Assembly (NCBI GenBank): GCA_949358305.1
Contig: OX442314.1
Location: forward strand, 18,042,001-18,106,000
DNA length: 64,000 nucleotides
Direction of reading: 5' to 3'
Origin: Strigamia acuminata
Taxonomy: Eukaryota
Shown here: piece by piece, positions 39,342-51,070 of the stretch
How the letters are laid out: every line of letters starts with the position of its first letter
Position numbering within the stretch: position 1 is the stretch's first letter
The notes under the pieces: generated by a model
Seen by the model: the letters and a program-made list of their open reading frames with translations, nothing else
Databases searched by the model: none
Told to the model about the DNA's origin: nothing
Program-made: the position numbers and the translations under genes

Positions 39342-40387
39342 AAAATGATACACTTTTTACTTTTTTAAGTGCATTTAATTCATCAAGTTTTAAAATGAAC
39401 TTGTTTGTAAGTGTTTGACAATTATTAATAGTTAAATGTTCTAAATTCTGACTTTGTGCAATTAACATTATCAGTTCTGATTCTGTAGTAATACTATATT
39501 CATCCGCACGTATGTGTAGTCCACTCAAGTTTCGAAAATAAAAATGTTTAGATAAATCATCACGTACTTTTTCAGTATTCAAAATAGTACAATACTCTAA
39601 GAATAAATTTTGTAACAATGGACAATAGTTATCGATAAGCCTAAGATTAACTAACGTAAAATCATACAGTGTTAGTGTGGTCAATCGTTGTGTCCGTGCC
39701 AAGACAATATTTAAATCGGGACTACTCAATGCATCTAACGTTAAACTTGATAAATAGGGAAAAATTGTGGTCATAATGATGATATCTTCGGTATTATTTC
39801 CATTGAAATATATTTGTTTGATGGAATAAGTACGCAACGTTTTCTCTGATTTGAACTGATATTTTAACAGATCAAACAGACTTTCCCACCAATCGTGTTC
39901 AAACGTTTTTAAAAGAGGCAGTTGGTTTAGAATGAACAAACATTTCTCGGGTGTGACAGTCGTATTAACGGAAAAGCAGCAGTCTGTCGACAGTCTATCT
40001 GTCGACAGGCTATCTGTCGACAAAATATTCCCCACAGCATTCTGTCGACAGTCATTCTGTCGACACAATGTCCTGCCCAAGCAATCCCTCGACAGTCTAT
40101 CTGTCGACACACGCCAGACAAGCATTCTGTCGACAACAGCTTAACGGCTTAACGACCACCTGTGGTCAGCCTGGGGCCTCACCTGAAATGGAGACTTTAA
40201 CCCTCTCAGCCCTAATTTTGATCTAAAAATGGGTTTTTATTTTTATTTAATTCGTTGTTTTATTCTTTTTTTCTAGAAGTGGCTAAATTGAGTCTGGAAT
40301 CACCGCGAATTTGGCGAAAAAACGGTTGAAAAATGAATCAAATTCCGATAAAAACGTTGAATTTTGTAATTAATTTTGTAATTTCAG

Positions 40388-40981
40388 GCTCGCCCATGGA
40401 GAAATCACGTGTACATGTTTGTCAAGACCAAAAGAATTACAAACCACGACAGATAAGTAAGTTTGTCGGTGTTTTTAAATAAATATTTCTATATAAAAAA
40501 ACGAATTTTCTTCGGTTTAGAGAAATTCAGGATTTAGTGAACAAACAAAATACACTCGTGGCGAAATTACTAGCGAAAAAGCCGAATGTGATGCAATAAA
40601 AGAGCTCTGGTTCCTTCTCCAGCAAGATAGCTACAAGTTAAGAAACGAGAAAATGCAACTGGTATGTGAAATAGAAGAACTCAAAGAGGAACTGGAGTCC
40701 CCGCGGCCGAAATCGGCATTTAGCGACTCGGACCCGTCAAAACAGTAAAATAATCTTTATTAGTTGATCGATAATTAATAATTACATCAAGTTAAAAAAA
40801 AAATTATTTTCTTTCTTTCAGATTGGACGACGTGGTTTTTAAGAACTTGAAATTGGCGAATACCCTGCGAATCGTTTTCCAAAAACTCGTCGTTGGCAGT
40901 GGAATAAATTGGGCCGCCGACGACAAATTGATGCATTTGGTACTCGAGTTGGGACGAAACGCAAACATAGAAAACAAATAA
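40388..40981 (+). pseudogene. CENPH: Captured 3' exons of centromere protein H-like gene (frameshift near 40575)
   Basis: Exons 40388-40456, 40521-40744, 40822-40981; C-terminus RIVFQKLVVGSGINWAADDKLMHLVLELG matches the CENP-H motif VFQNLILGSKVNWAEDPALKEIVLQL; upstream coiled coil. Confidence 0.8.
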
Positions 40982-41010
40982 AAAAAATACTTTTCTTTAT
41001 TTCATTCAAA

Positions 41011-41330
41011 TTATTTCAAGTAATATCGTATCGGGGTTCCCATGATGTCGTCGCCCGACTCCGGATTTTCAAACGCAACGGATAAATCAGTGAAACTTTT
41101 ATGTAGTTTTTTTTAAAAAAGTGTGTTTAATTTGAATAAAATTGAATAAAATTGATTTTTTTCTTCATTTTTAATTACGTGTGAGCGAATCGTTTCTCGT
41201 ATCCGGGCATTATCAGCAAATACACGATGAGTTTTCCATCGACGATCATCGACACTTGTAAACCCGTTTTGGCCACCAATTGGTCGATCAACTGCTTTAA
41301 AGTGAAGTAAATTCATGGCGAATATGTTAA
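41011..41330 (-). pseudogene. Unidentified degenerate gene 3' fragment, tail-to-tail with the CENP-H fragment
   Basis: Two GC-richer exon-like blocks separated by an AT-rich GTAATT intron; ..FTDLSVAFENPESGDDIMGTPIRYYLK*. Confidence 0.35.
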
Positions 41331-41500
41331 CTTTTTTTTTTTCTTTAATTCAAAAATGTTTTAAATTTGCTTTAAGTTGAGCAAAATTGATCAAAATATT
41401 GTCAAATTTTGTCTAAAACTATCAAAAGTTATTTAAATTGTGTCAAAAAATATTCAAATTATGTCAAATTTTGACAATTTCCGTCAAAAACTATTCAAAT

Positions 41501-43652
41501 TGTGACGAGACGACCTCGAAGCGCCATACCCCCGACTGGTGGGATGTTGGCCAACTACGGGACTTACATTCCTTACCACAATAAAGAATATCTAATAATC
41601 ATATGACTATCTTGTATGGAAAGCGCTAATCACCTGACTATCAAGTACACCACCGAATAATCATCTGACTATTCGCATAAGCACATATAAATGGCATATA
41701 AATGGACTCGTTCCATGGCCATGGTGCAGCTCTCTAATTCATTAACAAGATTGATTATTTGAGACAGGCATTCTACTCCAACCCTTCGGTCACCACATTA
41801 CAGACAGGAAAAAGAAGGAATCTATCGCCGATTTTCCTCCCTTCAGTGACGTCACCCCTGCCCAAGAGACGCCTCCCCGTCTAGCCATGCCAGATGTCCT
41901 GCTGTGAGAGAGAGAAGTATTTGGTCACGCCCCCAATTTAAAGGGCGAGTTAAAGACCAGTTAACCCGTCTAGCACACTGTTATGACTGGTTACATAACA
42001 GTTGTGCTTCCCTGGTGTTATTTAGTGGCCCTACCTTTGGGTATTTAAGGGCTCACACCAGTTTATTCACCCCCCTTGTTGCATACACTTTGAAATTGAC
42101 CTTACACATTATATTGCTTGAAACCTTATGGTGAATACAATTTATGTTGTGCGTCAATTCATTGACGCACAGGCAAGCGTTAGTTGTTTGGCCCTACGCG
42201 CAACGGCACAAGACAAAGACGAGTAAACTAGCACTTTGTCTAACCGTAAAGACTCGTCTGGTTAGGACCCATGGCGAGTCAGGATGGCCATGGAGGAGAG
42301 ATGGTTTTGTTGCCGGCATCTGATCGTTTCTGCCCTGGAGACGCCCAGAGAACTTCCCACCAAGGTAAACCCGTTCCTTTTTACTATGCTTTGTGATGAC
42401 ACAGTTCACTCTGGTCACTTAGCTATTCTCTCTCACCGCTCCTTATGTACCGTGGTGCCTAAGCCTCTGCTGGCCATGTGTGTTACACCTTGCTGATATT
42501 TCCGGTTGTGCGATAAGACTACTCACAATGACTCAGTTCGCTGGTTGTGAGTCCGCCTCAAACTCAGCATAAGGTGTTTAACTAGTTTCGACTGGCCTTT
42601 TGCGTGGCGGTTAGTTTTATCTCTCCCGTCTCTAACTCCTTTTCCGGCGTTCGCCGACTATTCCGTGCCACCAAGGGTGCCTAAGTTCGTCTGGCCCTTG
42701 TGTGTAATTCTTCACCCCACGGTGTAATAAGCTCACCTTGTTGAGCAACGTGGGATTGCTTTTACTCTTCAATTAATAATATTTACCTAGCTTGCCTTTC
42801 TGATCTGGACCAAGTGGTCAGAAAGGGTTGTTTGTGACGGACCCAGTATCACAAAGAACCACTCATGCAATCAACTCAACATAATTGCCATATGATGAAA
42901 TATGGTATCCATTCCGCATTACTGATCTGTGTAGTTAAATACCCGATATGTCATGTTTAGTTATGCAACTGGAAGCGTTGCTAATCCTGTCAGCGTAAAT
43001 GTGACCATTGTTGTCACCTACGATTGTTTAGATTGGCGTGTTATACTCACGCCTGTTTGTGCTTAATCCTGTCAGCGTAACTTCATTTAGTGTTATATAA
43101 ATTTACTATAGAGTGTTTAGTCACTCTACAGAGAGTCACGTTTAGATCCTGTCCATGCGCTTGAAATACTTTGATATTCTTGTTTTTGTGCTTATTAATA
43201 TTAGGCCTAGATTGACCATCAATAAATGGTAAATTGTCATGTTTTGATAAATCTGTTGTGTTTGCTCATTCCAATATATTTAGTTCGTATCATCAATCTA
43301 TTAATTGTTTTCATGCTGTTGCTATTTAATTGTCTAGTTATATTGTTACGAAGTCAGATCCCTTTATCTTATTTTATTACTTGAATTTCAATGAGGCCGA
43401 CAAGAGTGAAGAACTTCACAGTTCTCCCCTCTTGTGGCGACGCAGACATTCCTCTCAAGGTCGGAGCCTTGGAGAGTTTCTATGGATGGCCATCTGCACC
43501 TTTCTATGGCACTCCATTTGGATGGAGTAGATCCTGTCGCCATCTTTCTTTCTACAGTAGTTCATGTGAACTATGGGAGACTAATGCTAGTCCCCGGATG
43601 TAGAGTAATAATGGTCGTGGTATATATTGATAAGCTAGGTTTTCCCGTCACA
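41501..43652. mobile_element. 2152-bp solo LTR-like insertion (TG..CA) with no long ORF
   Basis: Ends TGTGACG / CGTCACA; 4-bp TSD AAAT; removal restores the local TATTCAAATTATGTCAAATTTTGACAATTT repeat. Confidence 0.8.
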
Positions 43653-43901
43653 AAATTATGTCAAATTTTGACAATTTCTGTCAAAATCCATCAATAATTT
43701 ATCAAAAATTATTCAATCTCTGTCAAATTCCATCAAAATTTATCAAAAGTTATTCAAATTCCGTCGAAATTTATCATCAATTTATCAAATTTCATCAAAA
43801 ACTTCGTCACATTTCTCTAAATTCCGAAAATATTGATCAAAAAAATTCCAAAATTTCTCAAAACACATTAATAACTCATAATTACACCACCGTAAAATCA
43901 C

Positions 43902-45780
43902 CTTCAATTCCTCTTCAATATCAACCATCGCATCTTTCAACCTGGTCGTTTCAAATTGACTAAAAGCAAGTTGCTCTGACAAAACAGCTGCGTGTGATTC
44001 TAAATCATCTTTTTCTTTTCGTGCGTTGTCAAGGAGTTCGTCCAATTCACTTTTATCGACAATCTCCCGTGCCTGGTTGAGCTCCGACACCTACAACAAT
44101 CAAAAATTAAACAAAAAACCCAAAAATTCCTCTAATCTAAACCAAAAAACCAAAAAAAAAACCTTAATTCTCTCATTCTCCAACTGAGTTTTTGTCCTGG
44201 ACACTTCAATCTTCAAATTATCGAGCTTTTCCCGACTTTCGGTCGATTTGTTTCGCCAACATCCGTTTAGCGGTGTTTGCGCTCTCGATATTTAACTGTG
44301 AATTCAGCGTTTCCTTCTCATCTCTGGAAGTCTGAAAAGTGTGAATAAATAAATGTTAGTGAAAGATTTATTTGATTTGTTTTGGTATTTTACTTTTAAT
44401 AGTTCGAGTAACTTTGCATCTCGGTCGCAGGACGAGAGTTGGGAGTTGTTGAAAAGCAATTGCCTCAAATTATCGTTTTCGACGCGACAATCCTCGAGTT
44501 TTTCTGTTCGACTGCAAAGGGATTCCAACAAAACAGTTTTTCCTTCAGCCAGATGCTCGTTTTCCGCTTGCAATTCCGTCAGCTGATCTTGCAGATCTGT
44601 TAATTCCTGAAGAGTTGCCTGAAGTTCCTCGTTTGTACTAAAATTCAATCAAAATGCATTAAATTCAATAAATCTCAGTAAAAATTCTATAAAATTCAGT
44701 CAAAACTGAAAAAATCAGTAGAAATGATGAAAAAATCAGTAGAAATGATGAAAAAATCAGTAGAAATGATGAAAAAATCACTCAAATTCCGATTAATTAT
44801 TCAATATTAATGCAATAAAATGCCATATAAAGCCATATAATGCAATAAAATAGAGCCAAAATTCAATGAAATTCAGTCAAAATTCAATGAAATTCAGTCA
44901 AAATTCAATGAAATTCAGTCAAAATTCAATGAAATTCAGTCAAAATTCAATGAAATTCAGTCAAAATTCAATGAAATTCAGTCACAATTCAATGCAATTC
45001 CATCAAAATTTAATACAATTCCATCAGAACCAATCAATTTCCATAAATTCCAAACAAATTCATTAACACCAAGTGTTGGGCGTTGTACGCGGTACCGTAC
45101 GGGCTTACCAGTGTTTATTACTTTCAAAACGAATAAAAACAATCAAAATCAAAACCAAAAATCACCTGTAATGTGTTTCCTCCATTTGCAATATGCGATC
45201 TTGCAAACAAGCGACAGACATTTCGCTAATGCTGCTGTTACTTTGTTTGTCCCAGTCGCACGATGGCAAAATGCACTCCAATGTTTCAGCCAGATCTTCA
45301 GCTGTTGAATCGCATTTTGCACTCTGATTGCGCATGCCGGCCTAAACCAAATCCAAAACAAACAAAAATAATAATCAAAACCAATTTTTCCCCTAAAAAT
45401 TGCCACTAACTAACATCAGAAAAATCTGGATGGCTGGAACTATTCCCAGCTTGAAGAAGCATTTGCTTTTCGTCGTCCGAAAATGCTTCGGGATTTATCA
45501 ACATCCCAAACTTCAAATCATTCGTCAGATACTTGGAATCGTACGCCAAACCCGATTCATCTTCTTCCTAATGATTCACGACAACAAATTAACATTTTTA
45601 AACGTTTTTTAAACGTTATTTTAACGTTTTTACCCTGTATTTCTTCAAATCGAGCTTGAGTTGCGCGATTTCCGTCGTTTTTGCTTCCAGGTTGTGGATC
45701 AGTTCGGACAATTGTTTCTCCACGTTGTTAGATTGACTTAGGCTTACTTTCTCTCCATCCCGTGCTTGTCTCCCGTCCAT
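43902..45780 (-). pseudogene. SPECC1L: Captured multi-exon fragment of cytospin-A (SPECC1/SPECC1L family), frameshifted and lacking the C-terminal CH domain
   Basis: SEMSVACLQDRILQMEETHY|STNEELQATLQELTDLQ..VLLESLC; about six exons with GT-AG introns; frameshift in exon 44163-44330. Confidence 0.85.
44708..45000. repeat. Intronic 21-bp minisatellites
   Basis: GAAAAAATCAGTAGAAATGAT x3 (about 44708-44780) and CAAAATTCAATGAAATTCAGT x6 (about 44858-44990). Confidence 0.9.
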
Positions 45781-46342
45781 TTCTATTTTTTTCTAAACGA
45801 TTTGAACAAATTAAACGCAAAATTCAATGAAATTTTCATTGTTTTTTTTTTAATATTACCGGGTACCGACCTTTTTGTTTCGAATTTCAAATTACGTTTC
45901 CATCACTGCGCATTTTTTTGAACACAAAAACCGCATTGAACATGAAATAACCGTTGTAATCTGACATATGGGAATGTTGATAGATGAGCGCCACGCACCT
46001 CCCATTTGTCCCAAATACTGAAAATTATTCCGTCTCTGAATTTTAAAATGATTTAAATGAATTTGTTTTGGGATTTTGCGATTTCTTTTACCGGAGTTTC
46101 ACGGGATTTATTTGACACGGTTGAGACGAGACGAAAAGTGGCAGTGCGAGGTTGATAAAATAATTCTGGTGGCGCTCCCGCTGGAAATTACTCGCGAATT
46201 CAATCACTTCCAACGTTACCTGCAAGAGAATGTAATTTAAAATCGATCTTTTTTGATTACCGTAGTTGTGTGTTTAGTACCAATCTGGTGACGACAGACG
46301 TTGTTGTTATTGTAACGGTAATAATTTTCTCGTCGATTTTTC

Positions 46343-46874
46343 TTATTGCGGCCGTGTCGGCCGTCTTGATTTCGTACATTTCGGCTCGTTAGTTCTGAAA
46401 TGGTTGGTATCTGTATGGGGCGTAATGAGTGCATTTTTATGTTTTTTGATATTGCTTACTGTGGTACAAAATATAAAGTTTTTGTAAACGTTTTCTTTTC
46501 TTGCTCCTGTTGGATTCATCAATATATCGTCGGGGATTTTGATTCCCGCATTTAAGACCTTTTCGATTTCGTTTGCACATTTGACTGGATCGTCGGCTGC
46601 GACTGAAATTTCCACACAGGAAATTTGGGTTGATGGCGCAATTGAAGCATAAACAAACATCCACCATTAATCGACAAATCAGAACTCTAAAACAAAAAAT
46701 TTGTACATTCATTTGAAATATTTGAATACTTTTTAAAAAATTCGATTTTTTTCACTTACCAAAACAATTCTCTCTCGCTCCAGAGTGAAATTTCCTGTCA
46801 TCGTATCGTACCTGGCACTTGAAACATTTTTTGCTCTCAATATCTCGCGTGCTAATAAAGTGTTCGAATCGTTC
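46343..46874 (-). pseudogene. Unidentified spliced, frameshifted gene fragment
   Basis: TTGTAG acceptor, exon NDSNTLLAREILRAKNV..RERIVL, GTAAGT donor, next exon SSDLSINGGCLFMLQLRHQPKFPVWK then shifted frame CANEIEKVLNAGIKIPDDIL..NFIFCTT. Confidence 0.45.
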
Positions 46875-47032
46875 CTACAAACAAGAGAACAATACTAAAC
46901 TTGTTTGTTTGCATTTCGACCACAGGATTTGAAATCACAAGTCTATGTTTGGCTCTAGTTAATGCCACGTACAGAATGTTGCTTTCGTCGCCATCTAACC
47001 AGGATTAAAAAACTAGTTGAGTTTTCAAATTT

Positions 47033-47169
47033 GTAAAAATCTACTGGTCACTCAAAAGAGGTCAAAAGGGGGGTAAGTTTTAACCCCTCACATTCCGTTT
47101 ACCATGTGACCAAAGGGTCAGTAAACTTGCCCTTTTGACCTCTTTTGAGTGAGCAGTAGGTTTTCACAA
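47033..47169. repeat. Hairpin/MITE-like inverted repeat inside the 9-kb element
   Basis: CTACTGGTCACTCAAAAGAGGTCAAAAGGG versus CCCTTTTGACCTCTTTTGAGTGAGCAGTAG. Confidence 0.7.
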
Positions 47170-48020
47170 GTCATCTAAAAAAAAATGATATATTTCAATT
47201 TTATTTTTTATTTTTTAAATACGTGCAACGACACGTATTTAGCATTAAAACATTCCACCATTACTCTTGATGCTAGATCCAATAACTTCTGAGCTAAACC
47301 TAGTCGTCTGTGTGATCTTTTCACTGCCTAACATTAGTAGTACATAACAAATATTTTTTTTAAACGATTTTATATGAAAAATCAAAATTCGTCCGTGCTT
47401 CTCGTGTTACAAGTGCGCATGTTTATCTCAGGGATGTCAATTTGACGTTTTACTTTACAATACAATTGATGTTTTTACTACTCTCTTAAGGTAAAAATAA
47501 GAGAAAAACGTCAAATTTACCTTAAATATGAAGTAAAAACGTCGATTTTACTGTAAATATAAATTAAAAATGTCGATTTTACTGTAAATTTGAAGTCAAC
47601 ACGTCGATTTTAAGGAAAATATAAAGCCAAAACGTCAGATTTGCAGTATAAAATGCCTTAAAGATCATTTTTACAGTAATTTGTTCGTTTTTTTTTAATT
47701 TTAATTAAACTAGAATTAGCTATTTCACTGCGTCGCCATCTATCGGCAGAATAAAAAGCTCAAAAACAAGCTCGAAATTCAAATTTAGTAAACTAAAAAC
47801 GTGAAAAAATATTTGATTGGAAACGCAAAATGTGTTCAGAAGTGCTGTATAAAATTGAGTTATAAAATTGAGTCATTTTACATCTTGTCAACCGATTTAT
47901 TCAAAAACATAGAAATAAACCTATACAAACATTCCAAATTAAAACAATTATATTCAATAATATGACAATTACAAAAAACGTGGGAATGTAACAGCGATAA
48001 ATACAAGTAGTTCATGTATT

Positions 48021-48283
48021 TTACAACCACGGATGCCACGCCGGATCCATGCGACACAAATTGTCCTGGCAATTTGCCGCAGCCACCAACGTGCTCACCT
48101 TGCTCTCGGCGCCGTTGAATGTGGCGAGATCTAAAAAATTCAATTTATTTTAATCAGTGAATGTCGAAAAACTAAACTATTTCCAATTTTCTCACTTTGC
48201 AGACGCGCCATAATTGCATTGCATTTACGGCTTTATTCACCTTTCATATTCAGCGTTTGCACACTTGAAACGTCTTCTTGTTT
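48021..48283 (-). pseudogene. TRRAP: Captured last two exons of TRRAP/Nipped-A (FATC domain)
   Basis: AIMARLQNLATFNGAESKVSTLVAAANCQDNLCRMDPAWHPWL* matches the TRRAP C-terminus; intron 48131-48195 retained; indels in the upstream exon. Confidence 0.92.
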
Positions 48284-50316
48284 CTGAAAATCAACAAAAA
48301 TTACATTAAAATTCAAAAAAATATATTTAAATTTTTTTCTTTTTTTTTTACTTTTCGCTTTTTACTAACAAAAATATTCAATCCATTATTTATTTCACAT
48401 TGAATTTCTCAAGTTCCGCTGAGCGAGTGTGCCTAAAATTGACTTAAGGTACGAAAAAATGTATCATTTTCGTAAAATAACTCATTTTTACATGCAAAAT
48501 TGACATGGAAATTAAGCAATATTCATTTTTAGCACGCTTGCAAAAGTTTGAAATTGATCTTTTTGTGTAAAAATGTGTTATTACGTGCAAAAAATCGTGA
48601 AAAAAAATAAGTAAGCTGTAAAAATCGAGTCAAAATATTTAAAAACAGTAAAAATAGTGTATAATAATGGTCAAAATTAATCTGAGGTTGGGGCAGGGAG
48701 AGTTAAAGCCCCCATTTCAGGTGGAGGCCTCAGGCTGACCACAGGTGGTCTTTAAGCCCTTGTCGACAGAATGCTTGTCTGGCGTGTGTCGACAGATAGA
48801 CTGTCGAGACAATGCCTGGCACAGGTGTCGAGGGATAGACTGTCGATAGATTGCCTGTCGACAGATTGCCTGTCGACAGATTGCCTGTCGACAGATTGCC
48901 TTGTCGACGGATAGACTGTCGATAGACTGCTACCCCATCGTATTAACGCGGAGCTCCAAATACTCCAGTTTCTCGCAACTTTTTAATGAACAAAGCCCAT
49001 CATCAGTAATATTTTTGCATTTTAGTAACTCTAAACGTCGTAATTGAAGACAATTTTTACCTATTGCAGCTAGAACTTCATCCGTGCATTCTTCACTTCT
49101 CGACCAATTGAACCATTCAAGTTGTGGCAATTGCTGCAGAAGTGTGATCATATATTCAGGTGGAATTTTCACATCAACTAAATAATTCAGGTCCAATCGC
49201 AGAAGGTTTCTACACAATTCTCCTATTCTATTTAATACAGAAGGATACACTGGCAGGCAAAACCAATCTAAATGTTGAAGCGATTTGGTGCCAGAATGAA
49301 TGAAAACATTTGAATCCAAGCGTGGACGAGGACCAAGTGAAATTGGTCTTGGCTTACACAGACGTTGATATACATTGGAAACGAATACCGAAGGTTGTGT
49401 CATCAGTTGTGTTTGTAAAACATCGAAATTAGAAAAAATCTTTTGCAAACACATTTGCTCGAGATTCGCTGCTGACTTCCTGCGAGGCATGTTGCTAACT
49501 ATCACAAGAGATGAATTAAATTCAAAATGAGATGGGGGTGTGTATATACGTGGATAAGGATTAGGGGTTACGGAAACAGGACGTGTGTCGCACGGATGAC
49601 GAAAACGAACTAACTGTAGCGTGAACGTGCACCGACACTATTCAGAAGTGAATTTTTAAAATTTTGATATTTTTTTTTTTTAAATTGATTGTTCTTTTCT
49701 ATTGACTTCCCACGTATGAGAATCACGTACGTCTCTTTTTTACACTTGCCGACGAAATAAACGTTAAAAACAGCCTACTTTGGTTGTTTTTATTGCAATT
49801 TATCTCCGTTTTTGTTCGCTTTCTAATCTTTTTATTTCTTTGTCAGTTTGTTCATATTGTATTTCATTTTTTTCCGTTTATTCATGTTTTATTTCAATTA
49901 TGCGCGTTTTTATTTTTTTTTAGATGTCGCACACTGGAGAAAAGATCAGGAAATTCTAGAATAATCTTGTTACAATACAACATAAATTAAAGTCCTTTTC
50001 AAACATTTTTATTCATAACGAAAACTTTAAAAAATTCCAACAGCGTCATGCGAAATCACCGTGGTCGAAAATATGGGAACTATGTTGAAGCGACTATACT
50101 GTATAAAAAGCCCAAGCCGCGTGTTTGCTTATGTATTCCAATTCCGTATTTTGTCACCAAATGGCGCTAAGAACAAATAGGCCATGAAAACGCATTAACA
50201 CACAGGGTGACAGCGGTAACTTTTTTTATACATAAAATGAGGTTCTGGACTTTACTCATTTTTCATCTGTATAATCATCCGATACATAGGCGGGCTAACT
50301 AGTTTATTTGTTTATG

Positions 50317-50541
50317 CAGGGGCGGATCTAGCTTTTCGGGGGCCCGGGGCTTGAGGTTTTTTCGGGGCCCCTTTCTCAAAATTTTTTCGCCACCTTTCTT
50401 CTTTTTTCTTTTTTTTAGCGACCCTTTTTTTTTTATTTATTTTTTTTTTTTTTTAGTACCTGGCCCAGAGTCTCGGGGGCCCCCTAGGATTTGGGGGCCC
50501 GGGGCTCAAGCCCCAATAGCCGGGTGCTAGATCCGCCACTG
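50317..50541. mobile_element. hAT-type MITE
   Basis: TIR CAGGGGCGGATCTAGC / GCTAGATCCGCCACTG; 8-bp TSD TGTTTATG; GGGGCCC repeats. Confidence 0.9.
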
Positions 50542-50559
50542 TGTTTATGTATTTAAATG

Positions 50560-51070
50560 TTGTACATTCATGGTTGAGTCCATTGTAGAACAAGGAGGTG
50601 TTTCTACAACAGTTAGAAAAATGTTTGCAGCGTCTTATACATTGCGCGTAAATACCATAGAGTAAATACGCACACGAGTAGATTGTCGAGCGGAGAGGGA
50701 AAAAAAATGGGAGTGAGTTCAATTTTACGAAAGCACGGAAAGGAAAAGAGTTTTGGAGGAAGTTTGAACGATGAATATTGGCTTCGAAAAGGAAGCGTCT
50801 TGTGGTTCAAGACTGAGGTGCAGGAAAGGAAATATTTTGTAGTAAATGGGTGTGTTGGGTCATGGAGTCACGGAGTAAGTCGGCAATAGCAATAATATCA
50901 GAGCAATAGAGAAGGTTGTCGAAGTTTAGCGGTCTGTTGACTGCAAGCGGTTGTTATGGGTCCATTTGGGAGAATGCTAAAAGCGGCGCGAACAACACAG
51001 TTGAAAACATGTGTAAGAGGCATGTGGAAGGGAACCAAATATGGGAGGCGTAGCGGATGAGTGGGTATAA
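50560..51070 (-). mobile_element. Highly degenerate LINE 3' fragment
   Basis: PLIRYASHIWFP resembles the post-RT LEYASPVWSP motif of CR1/L2/Jockey-type LINEs; many stops. Confidence 0.4.

Larger units (their letters stand above)
39969..48937. mobile_element. About 9-kb non-autonomous foldback/Mutator-like TIR element carrying captured host gene fragments
   Basis: TIRs of about 245 bp built on 15-bp CTGTCGACAGGCAAT-type subrepeats; TSD TCGTATTAA (39960-39968, 48938-48946; match could extend to 11 bp); removal restores the LRR reading frame. Confidence 0.9.
34394..49490 (-). pseudogene. Intronless FBXL-type leucine-rich-repeat gene split into three pieces (49490-48938, 39959-39342, 34569-34394) by two insertions
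   Basis: MPRRKSAANLEQMCLQKI; CTDEVLAAIGKNCLQLRRLELLKCKNITDDGL; joins LELRVNT|TVTPE and VSF|YSCHSIN are in frame; 1347 nt = 448 aa + stop. Confidence 0.9.

Noticed and set aside
39289..40125. 278-aa ORF as an independent gene
   Set aside because: Chimera of TIR repeats, the LRR middle segment and LTR sequence
39975..40135. GTCGAC repeat array as CRISPR-like
   Set aside because: Eukaryotic context, no unique spacers, and it is mirrored at 48760-48930 as a TIR
44866..45066. MKFSQNS-repeat ORF
   Set aside because: Translation of an intronic 21-bp minisatellite
50285..50303. Helitron-like 3' end (CGGGC..CTAGT); similar at about 51085
   Set aside because: No convincing hairpin or 5' TC end
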